64,000 nucleotides of DNA from Chrysomallon squamiferum. Taxonomy: Eukaryota > Animalia > Mollusca. A program made the translations under genes and the position numbers. The stretch lies in contig CM022676.1 of assembly GCA_012295275.1 (NCBI GenBank), forward strand, positions 10,850,001 through 10,914,000. The letters are read 5' to 3'. Each line of letters begins with the position of its first letter. Position 1 is the first letter of the stretch. The notes below the pieces were generated by a model. The model was not told where the DNA came from, ran no database searches, and saw only the letters and a program-made list of their open reading frames with translations. Of this stretch, positions 43,880 to 55,151 are shown piece by piece.

Positions 43880-44270
43880 CCTGGTAACAATACGTAACTA
43901 ATTTAGAAACAGGTACATACCTTATTTATATTGATACCCTATTAGATCCAACCATGTAACTACAGTAACTAAATTACTTGTTTTCACATCTCCAGATACA
44001 CCTGGTAACTATAGTAACCAATTTTAAAAATTGCAAATTACCTGTTTTACACCTTGGTAACAATAGTAACTAATTAAAAAAGTAAATTACCTGTTTTACA
44101 CCTTGGTAGCTAGAGTAACTAATTCAAAATAAGTAAATTACACACCTTCAGATCCACCCTGGTAACCATAGTTACTAATTAAAAGAACTAAATTACCTCT
44201 TAGACACACCTCTAGATCCACCTTGGTAACTATAGTAACTAATTAAAAAGAAGTAAACTTACCTGGTTTG
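43880..44270 (-). repeat. Diverged 50-65 bp repeat containing copies of the FSTL1 signal-exon donor
   Basis: Units CC(T)TGGTAACTATAGTAACTAATT(A)nAGTAAATTACCTG; the last unit is the real junction AAGTAAACTTAC|CTGG. Confidence 0.7.
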
Positions 44271-44322
44271 TGCTGACACTCAATGCAAGGACTGATGTCA
44301 ATACCAAAAGTGAAAACCTCAT
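44263..44322 (-). CDS. FSTL1: FSTL1-like first coding exon (signal peptide)
   Basis: tattttag|ATG MRFSLLVLTSVLALSVSTNQ|gtaagt. It ends in phase 0 while the Kazal exon starts in phase 1, so a small exon is probably unfound. A likely 5'UTR exon donor (GTAAGT) lies at 44642. Confidence 0.7.
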
Positions 44323-45162
44323 CTAAAATAAACAGTAGAGTTCTCAGCAATAAATGAAACAAGGAAAGACTTCAAAAAAACATTTAGCAGCTTTCTGATG
44401 GTGACACCCATCAACTGCTACTATTACAAACTATAACAATAACAACAACAATAATAACATTAACAAAAACAACAATATAATAAATAATGATGATTATGAT
44501 AATTATAAATAATAACTAATGATGATGACTGTGATGATGATGATGATGATATGCTACGTTAGTATTTACTGTAAAGCATTCTTAACACTTATGTAAATAA
44601 GAACACAAATATAAAACACAATGATAAGAAAAAAGTACTTACAGTGAGAGTGTGGTGTCACTAATGACAGTGACTGTGATTTCACTGCGAGCTATCTCAC
44701 AGATGTTGTAACAAAATATTCTACTTCTTTCCCAGCTGAACTTTGCTGTGAAAACACTGGCGCTTCCGTTTTACTCCCCCAGCACATATGATAATTAATT
44801 TGTGTCCGCTTGTTACATCTTAGATAAACAATTTTTTTTTTTTTTTTTTTTAAAACAAGTGTAGAGGAGAGCAGTATGAGGTTTAATTTACAAATAAATA
44901 TCTGGGATATTTACTGACGACGTTGTTGTAGACTGGTGGTGAGGGAGGTGACAGGAACAGCGAGGAATGCTGCAGACGATACGGTGACATTTGACAGCGT
45001 TCTGCTTCGCTTGTTAATGTTGGCTGTTTTTGTGTACGTACACCGTCTGAGGAATATCTTCGTTAATTACAGCTTGTGGCGTTTGAGTGTTTTTGTCTGT
45101 GTGCGTGCGTGCGTGCGTACGTGAATGCGTGTGTGTTAGAACGATAGTGTCAGATACACTTT

Positions 45163-45211
<49 letters not shown>

Positions 45212-45359
45212 AATAAAATATAACTGTGTCACATTCGTTTAATTTTCTCAGTAAATATCAAATGTGTTTCTCGTTATTCACTTAACGTCTTGTAACTGAT
45301 CCAAACTGTAATGTAAACTACAACATAAACAGAGTAACACTGAAACATTCAGTGTAACT

Positions 45360-47618
45360 CTGTGTATTTGTGTATGTGTATATGTATATATGTGTGTATG
45401 TATATATTGTGTGTGTATCTGTGTGTATGTATATGTATATACTGTGTGTGTATCTGTGTGTGTATGTGTATGTATATATTGTCTGTGTATCTGTGTGTGT
45501 ATGTGTATGTATATATATATACTGTGTGTGTATCTGTGTGTGTATGTGTATGTATATATTGTGTGTGTATCTGTGTGTATGTGTATGTATATGTATGTGT
45601 ATATGTGTGTGTGTGTGTGTATGTGTGTGTGTATGTGTATGTATATATTGTGTGTGTATCTGTGTGTGTATGTGTATGTATATATTGTGTGTATCTGTGT
45701 GTATGTGTATGTATATATATTGTGTGTATCTGTGTGTGTATGTGTATGTATATATATTGTGTGTGTATCTGTGTGTGTATAAGTATGTATATACTGTGTG
45801 TTTATCTGTGTGTGTATAAGCATGTATATATTGTGTGTGTATCTGTGTGTATGAGCATGTATATATTGTGTGTGTATCTGTGTGTGTATGAGCATGTATA
45901 TATTGTGTATCTGTGTGTGTATGTGTATGTATATATTGTGTCTGTATCTGTGTGTGTATAAGCATGTATATATTGTGTGTATCTGTGTGTATGTGTATGT
46001 ATATATTGTGTGTATGAGCATGTATATATATGTGTGTATGTGTGTATGTATGTGTATGTGTATCTGTGTGTGTATGTATATATATGTGTGTGTGTATCTG
46101 TATGTATGAGCATGTATATATTGTGTGTGTATGAGCATGTATTTATTGTGTGTGTATGTGTATGTATATATTGTGTGTATGAGCATGTATATATTGTGTG
46201 TGTATCTGTGTGTATGTGTATGTATATATATATATGTGTGTATGAGCATGAATATATTGTGTGTGTATCTGTGTGTATATGTGTATGTATATATTGTGTG
46301 TATGAGCATGAATATATTGTGTGTGTATCTGTGTGTATATGAGTATGTATATATTGTGTGTATCTGTGTGTATGAGCATGTATATATTGTGTGTGTATCT
46401 GTTAGTATGAGCATGTATATATTGTGTGTGTATCTGTGTATATGAGCATGTATATAGTGTGTGTATATCTGTGTGTGTATGAGTATATATATATTGTGTG
46501 TGTATTAGCATGTATATATTGTGTGTGTATCTGTGTGTGTGGATGAGCATGTATATATTGTGTGTGTCTGTGTGTATGAGCATGTATATATTGTGTGTGT
46601 ATCTGTATGTAGCAGTATATATATTGTGTGTGTATGTGTATGTATATATTGTGTGTGTATCTGTGTGTGTATGTGTATGTATATATTGTGTGTGTGTGTG
46701 TGTGTGAATGTGTATGTATATGTATATATTGTGTGTGTATCTGTGTGTATGAGCATGTATATATTGTGTGGGTATCTGTGTGTATGAGCATGTATATATT
46801 GTGTGTGTATCTGTATGAGCACGTATATATATTGTGTGTGTATCTGTGTGTGTATGTGTATGTATATATTGTGTGTATCTGTGTGTGTATGTGTATGTAT
46901 ATATTGTGTGTGTATGTGTGTGTGTATGTGTATGTATATATTGTGTGTGTATCTGTGTGTGTATGTGTATGTATATATTGTGTGTGTGTGTGTATGTATA
47001 TATTGTGTGTGTATGTGTGTGTGTATGTGTATGTATATATATGTGTGTGTATGTGTGTGTATGTGTATGTATATATTGTGTGTGTATGTGTATGTATATA
47101 TTGTGTGTGTATGTGTATGTATATATTGTGTGTATGTGTGTGTGAATGTGTATGTATATATTGTGTGTGTATGTGTGTGTGAATGTGTATGTATATATTG
47201 TGTGTGTATGTATATATTGTGTGTGTATGTGTGAATGTGTATGTATATATCTGTGTGTGTATGTGTGTGTGAATGTGTATGTATATATCTGTGTGTGTAT
47301 GTGTGTGTGAATGTGTATGTATATATCTGTGTGTGTGTGTGTGTGTGTGAATGTGTATGTATATATTGTGTGTGTATGTGTGAATGTGTATGTATATATC
47401 TGTGTGTGTATTTGTGTGTGAATGTGTATGTATATATCTGTGTGTATGTGTGTGTGAATGTGTATGTATATATCTGTGTGTGTATGTGTGTGTATGTGTG
47501 TGTGTATGTGTATGTATATATTGTGTGTGTATGTGTATGTATATATTGTGTGTGTATGTGTATGTATATATTGTGTGTGTATCTGTGTGTGTATGTGTAT
47601 GTATATATTGTGTGTATG
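45360..47618. repeat. Compound TG/TA low-complexity minisatellite
   Basis: Units such as GTATATATTGTGTGTGTATCTGTGTGTATGAGCAT; explains all HT/CV-rich ORFs here. Confidence 0.95.
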
Positions 47619-47666
47619 CGGTGATTATCGGATTATGTTACGTCTCCATCAAAAAACGTCGCCTGA

Positions 47667-47790
47667 AACGAGGAGGTCGTATAAACGAGGAGGTCGGCTA
47701 ACGAGGAGGTCGGCTAAAAGAGGAGGTTGGATAAACGAGGAGGTCGGATAAAAGAGGAGGTTGGATAAAAGAGGAGGTTGGATAAACGAG
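47667..47790. repeat. 16-18 bp purine-rich tandem repeat
   Basis: AA(C/A)GAGGAGGT(C/T)GG(A/C)TA, ~7 copies. Confidence 0.85.
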
Positions 47791-47931
47791 TTCAATTTGT
47801 GTGCATTTAAATATTTGAAACAATTCATGCTCAGTTTTGGGGCGGGTACAGTGCTATGGCGGGATGTTGTTTGGGCATTAATAAGAGGTTTGACTATATC
47901 AGCATCTGTCCGTTCAGTTGAACTGACTGGA

Positions 47932-48330
47932 TTTATTATCAAGTACGTTATTTGTAAATCTGTTTATTATCAAGTATGTTACTTGTAAATCAGTTTATTA
48001 TCAAGTACGTTATTTGTAAATCTGTTTATTATCAAGTATGTTATTTGTAAAACTGTTTATTATCAAGTACGTTATTTGTAAATCTGTTTATTATCAAGTA
48101 TGTTACTTGTAAATGTTTATTATCAAATATTTGTAAATCTGTTTATTATCAAGTATGTTACCTGTAAATGTTTATTATCAAGTACGTTATTTGTAAATCT
48201 GTTTATTATCAAATATGTTGTTTGTAAATCAGTTTATTATCAAGTATGATATTTGTAAATCTGTTTATTATCAAGAATGCTATTTGTAAATCTGTTTATT
48301 GTCCAGTATATTATTTGTAAATCTATTTAC
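47932..48330. repeat. ~31-bp AT-rich minisatellite
   Basis: TTTATTATCAAGTA(C/T)GTTATTTGTAAATCTG repeated. Confidence 0.9.
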
Positions 48331-49114
48331 ATCTGTTTGTGATTTATTTCTCTTTGAAAATCTATATAACATACAGTACAAAAAAAAGAGAAAAAAAGAG
48401 CTGATTATCCATTTGAAATTTCCGGGCCCAGTTTTTCAGATATCACAATTGTTTTAATTTCAGAGATCAAGATAGGTATTGGAAGGAATCAGGCTAAACA
48501 CAAAATGTATTTATATTTCATTTACAACTATATGCATCTGAAAGTAATTTTGTACAGTATTTACCATTTTGTGTTTAAGAAGATGGTTGTGTAATATAAA
48601 CAAAATGGATTTCTATGTTTGGTTTTTAAATTATTTGATTTGTTCAATTAATTAACAAAATTTATTAAATTAATTGGTTGGTTGGTAAGTTAGTTGGATA
48701 CTTAGTGACTAAGATATTTGGTTATTTAGTGATTAGCTTAGTGACTAAGATATTTGGTTATTTAGTGATTAGCTAAGTATTTGCTGATTAAATTTTATAT
48801 TTAGTGACTTGGTTAGTTACTGAATAATTAGTAACTCAGGTGATTATTTAGTCACTTAGGTTACCTAAATGTGTTATTGTTTAATTATCCTAACTGGACA
48901 CAAATCTGACAGTTTCGCACTGACTCCTCATTTTCAAACTAACCCACCTGGCCACACCTGGCCACACCCGTCCTCTTTCTTCCAACTCGTCAGAGTACTG
49001 CAGACCACTTCACACAAATGACAAACACAAGTTTAGAAAAATTATATTTATAAACACAGTTTCCATGAAAACATCAAGTAAACAAAACAGTTGAAAATTT
49101 ACACAATAACAGAA

Positions 49115-49170
<56 letters not shown>

Positions 49171-49712
49171 GATAAATTAATAAACAAATAAATAAATAAA
49201 CAAACAATATATACATAAACAAATAATAAAATATACTAGTACATATCTGAGGGAGAGAAAAAAGTTTTAAAAAGATAAAATTTATCAAACATGACCATTT
49301 CAGAATATATATTTTGCTCATATCTTTATAATTAATTAATTAACAATATAAAATATGTGAATATTTGTCTGATCAACGTGATGGTGAAATGGCAGCCTCT
49401 ACATCTCGGCTAAAGATTTAACAATAGTATATTTTGATAATAAAGAACAAGTTTGTATTTAATTAGAAAAAAAAAAAAAAAAAATTTAAAAAAAAACCCG
49501 TCATAGTTAACAGTATTTATTTTTTGGTTTCAGTAATAAAGTAAAAATTTCCAACTATATAAAAATGAAGAAATGACAATGAGAACAAAATAATGGATAT
49601 ATATTAATTTAAAAAAAATTAGAAAACAAATAATTGTATATACATTAATAAATGCCACCAAGTTTTAACCTAAAAAGGCATATAATGAAAAACAGGCAAA
49701 ATGAAAATAATA

Positions 49713-49745
<33 letters not shown>

Positions 49746-50242
49746 CATAATAATAGTACTAATAAACCTAAAAACACTAATAGTTAAATAAAGTTTGGTA
49801 AAACACAGAAACAAGCAAACTTGATGAAAATAACCACACTGCACAGCAAATGAAAAAAGTAGTAAACACATCCAACTCTCACTGAACTGTTTAATACTGG
49901 TAAACAAACACAGTGTCATCTGGAATTCTCTTTTACTGAAATTCAGTCTTAATAATGATAAAGCTTTGTACCATAGTGTGATGAAATTCTCCTGTCACAG
50001 ATAATTACAAAAATTGTAAAATAAAATAAAATAAAATATAAATATACCCAAAAGGAAAAATTGCATAAAATTTAAAAAAAAAAAAAAAAAAAATAAAAAA
50101 AAGAAAAGAAAATAAGAGCATATATTGGTAATTATTAAATAACATGAAACAAAAAGCTGCATCAAAAATATCAAACTTCTTTCAAAAATAAAAACTGTTG
50201 TGTGTGTATAATTCCATGTTTATTAACAAATAAAATTAAAAA

Positions 50243-50273
<31 letters not shown>

Positions 50274-50894
50274 TAATACAATTATAAAACTTTCTTAAAG
50301 TGGAAATGTTGTGACAAATATGTATAATGTGATGAGGTTAAATGACTTGAATAATGCCCTTGCTGTGACAAGCATACTGAGATTATGTACAGTTTTACTT
50401 ACTTCTTGGTAACAAACTCAGATATATGTCAGTAAGTTTAAATCTTTACAAATGGCCTGAATGTATAATTATGAACTCAAAGTCAGTTACTGCAGTTGAC
50501 AGCAGTTTAAATCTTTACAAACACCAGTTGTTGTGAAGTTATTCTTCTGAAGTTCTGTCACTGAACAGAAAACTAAATGATTTCACAGAGAGAAAACAAA
50601 CTAGAAGAAATACTGAAAAAAATAAAATAAAAAATAAAAAGAACACTGACATAATTATTCAAACCTAGCATAAAAAAAAAAAAAAAACAAGATATCAAAA
50701 TACATTAAATAATAATTATAACAATAATATTAAGGTGTTAAAAAAGTATAAATATAGAACAAAAATTGAGACTTGAAAATTTATACTATTTATGAGTGCT
50801 GATATCAGGAGCAGATTCATTGTCATAGTAATGATAAAAACATTTGTAATTCAGTTAGCCGAGGAAGTCCATGTCCACAGAACTAAAAACAGAT

Positions 50895-50958
50895 TTAAAA
50901 CTTCACACAGGAAGTTAGAATTTCAATGCCATGAAGTTCTCGCAGGCGATCCAGGTGT
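50895..50958 (-). CDS. TTC12: TTC12 last coding exon
   Basis: tttttcag|RHLDRLRELHGIEILTSCVKF*; compare the human C-terminus QLRKLHGLEILNSTMKYI. Confidence 0.9.
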
Positions 50959-51077
50959 CTGAAAAACATTAAAAAAAAAAGAATAAAAAAAAAAAAAAAA
51001 AAGATATTTGTTATCCAGGTGTCTGAAAAACATTAAAAAAAAAAGAATAAAAAAAAAAAAAAAAAAATATTTGTTAT
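50949..51077 (-). repeat. 64-bp tandem duplication spanning the last-exon acceptor
   Basis: ATCCAGGTGTCTGAAAAACATT(A)nGAAT(A)n(G)ATATTTGTT at 50949 and 51013. Confidence 0.9.
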
Positions 51078-51240
51078 TAGCTAGAAACTACTTTGTGTTA
51101 ATGTCAATCCATTCCGACATTAACAGAAATTATTTTGTGTTAATGTCAGTCCATTCCTACATTAACAAAAACTTTAATATTCTGTCTCCCTGACTCTCTT
51201 ACATATTGTTAATGACTACATATTTACACACAGACATATA

Positions 51241-52897
51241 TTACCTGTTGTCTGCCTGTGCTAGTTTGACTATCAGTATGTGTGTATTACCTGTTGTCAG
51301 CCTGTGCTAGTTTGACTATCAGTATGTGTGTGTTACCTGTTGTCAGCCTGTGCTAGTTTGACTATCAGTATGTGTGTGTGTGTGTAGATATAGATATATA
51401 TATTAGCTGTTGTCTGGCTGTGCTAGTTTGACTATCAGTATGTGTGTGTGTGTGTAGATATAGATATATATATTAGCTGTTGTCTGGCTGTGCTAGTTTG
51501 TCTATCAGTATGTGTGTATTACCTGTTGTCTGCCTGTGCTAGTTTGGCTATCAGTATGTGTGTGTTACCTGTTGTCTGCCTGTGCTAGTTTGACTATCAG
51601 TATGTGTGTATTACCTGTTGTCAGCCTGTGCTAGTTTGGCTATCAGTATGTGTGTGTTACCTGTTGTCTGTCTGTGCTAGTTTGGCTATCAGTATGTGTA
51701 TATATACCTGTTGTCAGCCTGTGCTAGTTTGACTATCAGTGTGTGTGTGTTACCTGTTGTCAGCCTGTGCTAGTTTGGCTATCAGTATGTGTGTATTACC
51801 TGTTGTCTGGCTGTGCTAGTTTGGCTATCAGTATGTGTATATATACCTGTTGTCAGCCTGTGCTAGTTTGGCTATCAGTATGTATATATATACCTGTTGT
51901 CAGCCTGTGCTAGTTTGGCTATCAGTATGTGTGTGTTACCTGTTGTCTGGCTGTGCTAGTTTGACTATCAGTATGTGTGTGTTACCTGTTGTCTGTCTGT
52001 GCTAGTTTGGCTATCAGTATGTGTGTGTTACCTGTTGTCAGCCTGTGCTAGTTTGGCTATCAGTATGTGTGTGTTACCTGTTGTCAGCCTGTGCTAGTTT
52101 GGCTATCAGTATGTGTGTGTTACCTGTTGTCAGCCTGTGCTAGTTTGGCTATCAGTATGTGTGTGTTACCTGTTGTCAGCCTGTGCTAGTTTGGCTATCA
52201 GTATGTGTGTGTTACCTGTTGTCTGGCTGTGCTAGTTTGGCTATCAGTATGTGTGTGTTACCTGTTGTCAGCCTGTGCTAGTTTGGCTATCAGTATGTGT
52301 GTGTTACCTGTTGTCTGGCTGTGCTAGTTTGGCTATCAGTATGTATATATATATACCTGTTGTCAGCCTGTGCTAGTTTGACTATCAGTATGTGTGTTAC
52401 CTGTTGTCAGCCTGTGCTAGTTTGACTATCAGTATGTGTGTTACCTGTTGTCAGCCTGTGCTAGTTTGGCTATCAGTATGTGTGTATTACCTGTTGTCAG
52501 CCTGTGCTAGTTTGGCTATCAGTATGTGTGTGTTTCCTGTTGTCTGCCTGTGCTAGTTTAGCTATCAGTATGTGTGTTACCTGTTGTCAGCCTGTGCTAG
52601 TTTGACTATCAGTATGTATATATATATACCTGTTGTCAGCCTGTGCTAGTTTGGCTATCAGTATGTGTGTGTTACCTGTTGTCAGCCTGTGCTAGTTTGG
52701 CTATCAGTATGTGTGTGTTACCTGTTGTCAGCCTGTGCTAGTTTGACTATCAGTATGTGTATATTACCTGTTGTCAGCCTGTGCTAGTTTGACTATCAGT
52801 ATGTATATATATACCTGTTGTCAGCCTGTGCTAGTTTGACTATCAGTATGTATATATATACCTGTTGTCAGCCTGTGCTAGTTTGGCTATCAGTATG
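51241..52897 (-). repeat. ~46-bp array = last 36 nt of exon + splice donor, 35 copies including the real junction
   Basis: Sense unit CATACTGATAGCCAAACTAGCACAGGCTGACAACAG|GTAACACACA (or GTAATA/GTATAT). Confidence 0.97.
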
Positions 52898-53084
52898 GCA
52901 CAGTTTTGCTGTACAGCAGCTCGCTTGCCGTCTCGTGTCAGTGTCAGCAGATCTTTGATTATTGATGTCTGTACGAGGTCGGTCGCAGCCTTCTGAACCT
53001 GACAGCAGTGACTGAGACACAGTGCAGCATTGCCAGCTACAACCTCATCTTCGTGTTTCAACAAAGCCATCAGGGGAAATAACC
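52862..53084 (-). CDS. TTC12: TTC12 exon (ARM repeats)
   Basis: cttacag|GLFPLMALLKHEDEVVAGNAALCLSHC...AVQQNCAILIAKLAQADNR|gtatat, phase 1-2; compare human LLSSEDEVLVGNAALCLGNC...AVQVNAGIALGKL. Confidence 0.93.
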
Positions 53085-53185
53085 CTGTAAGAGACATGTG
53101 GAAATGATTGGAAAGGTGTTTTTACTAAGAAGTATAGAAGTTAGAAATGTTTGAAAATCCACAGTAAGGTTTTGTTGTTTCTCAC

Positions 53186-53562
53186 TACACACGTTTGTAT
53201 ACACAAAAATAAATTATATACATAGATACATCTCATTACACGTTTGTATACACAAAAATAAAATATATACACAGATACATCTCATTACACGTTTGTATAC
53301 ACAAAATAAAATATATACATAGATACATCTCATTACACGTTTGTATACACAAAATAAAATATATACATAGATACATCTCATTACACGTTTGTATACACAA
53401 AATAAAATATATACATAGATACATCTCATTACACGTTTGTATACACAAAAATAAAATATATACACAGATACATCTCATTACACGTTTGTATACACAAAAT
53501 AAAATATATACATAGATACATCTCATTACACACATTTGTATACACAAAAATAAAATATATAC
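53186..53562. repeat. 48-49 bp intronic minisatellite, ~7.5 copies
   Basis: ACACGTTTGTATACACAAAATAAAATATATACATAGATACATCTCATT repeated. Confidence 0.95.
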
Positions 53563-53605
53563 ATTCATGCACAATATTATAAATACATATACACACAGAC
53601 AGACA

Positions 53606-53869
53606 TGTAGACAATTATTATGTATTTAACTTTGAGAATGACCACATTGTCTAGCAGAGTCTATGAGCTGTGTACAACACACACACACACACACACAGGT
53701 AGACAAGTATTATGTATTTACCTTTGTGATCAACCACACTGTGTCTAGCAGAGTCTATGAGCTGTGTACAACACACACACACACACACACACACACAGGT
53801 AGACAAGTATTATGTATTTACCTTTGTGATCAACCACACTATGTCTAGCATAGTCTATGAGCTGTGTAC

Positions 53870-53910
<41 letters not shown>

Positions 53911-53979
53911 AGACAAGTATTATGTATTTACCTTTGTGATCGACCACACTATGTCTAGCAGAGTCTATGAGCTGTGTAC

Positions 53980-54014
<35 letters not shown>

Positions 54015-54083
54015 AGACAAGTATTATGTATTTACCTTTGTGATCAACCACACTATGTCTAGCAGAGTCTATGAGCTGTGTAC

Positions 54084-54132
<49 letters not shown>

Positions 54133-54205
54133 AGGTAGACAAGTATTATGTAGTTACCTTTGTGATCAACCACACTATGTCTAGCAGAGTCTATGAGCTG
54201 TGTAC

Positions 54206-54246
<41 letters not shown>

Positions 54247-54413
54247 AGACAAGTATTATGTAGTTACCTTTGTGATCAACCACACTATATCTAGCACAGT
54301 CTATGAGCTGTGTACAACACACACACACACACACACACACACAGGTAGACAAGTATTATGTATTTACCTTTGTGATCAACCACACTATGTCTAGCAGTCT
54401 ATGAGCTGTGTAC

Positions 54414-54448
<35 letters not shown>

Positions 54449-54521
54449 AGGTAGACAAGTATTATGTATTTACCTTTGTGATCAACCACACTATGTCTAG
54501 CAGAGTCTATGAGCTGTGTAC

Positions 54522-54556
<35 letters not shown>

Positions 54557-54625
54557 AGACAAGTATTATGTATTTACCTTTGTGATCAACCACACTATGT
54601 CTAGCAGAGTCTATGAGCTGTGTAC

Positions 54626-54668
<43 letters not shown>

Positions 54669-54737
54669 AGACAAGTATTATGTATTTACCTTTGTGATCA
54701 ACCACACTATGTCTAGCAGAGTCTATGAGCTGTGTAC

Positions 54738-54776
<39 letters not shown>

Positions 54777-54847
54777 AGACAAGTATTATGTATTTACCTT
54801 TGTGATCAACCACACTATGTCTAGCAGAGTCTATGAGCTGTGTACAA
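53606..54847 (-). repeat. 100-130 bp array = last 50 nt of exon + donor + (TG)n, 11 good copies plus 1 degenerate
   Basis: Sense unit TTGTACACAGCTCATAGACTCTGCTAGACATAGTGTGGTTGATCACAAAG|GTAAATACATAATACTTGTCTACC(TG)n. Confidence 0.97.
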
Positions 54848-54894
54848 GCTGTCAGACTTTTGATACAGGACTTCTTCCTCACTTCACTGTCTGA
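54798..54894 (-). CDS. TTC12: TTC12 exon
   Basis: gtttcag|SDSEVRKKSCIKSLTACTQLIDSARHSVVDHK-G|gtaaat, phase 0-1; compare human ASRYAIKILAICTNSYHEAREEVI. Confidence 0.9.
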
Positions 54895-55151
54895 CTGAAA
54901 CAAAAACTTTCTATGAGTCAGGTCATTTAAATTGTATCCATATATAGGAATAGTTACATGAACTAAACCATATACATATGTATGTGTGTGTGTGTGTGTC
55001 TGTGTGTGTGTATGTATGTATATATGCTTATATAGATATATATATATATATATAGTAAGTCACATGACTTAAACTTTCTCTGTATATTTTAACAGAATCA
55101 GTAAAGTCTGTTAATATATTTTGCTATCACATGCCAAAGTAAGTCATTGGT

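Noticed and set aside
45278-47751. Long His/Thr- and Cys/Val-rich ORFs up to 378 aa
   Set aside because: Low-complexity TG/TA repeat open in several frames on both strands.
51241-54847. CRISPR-like repeat/spacer appearance
   Set aside because: Eukaryotic introns; the variable parts are TG/TA microsatellite rather than unique spacers; the repeats are exon copies; no cas genes.
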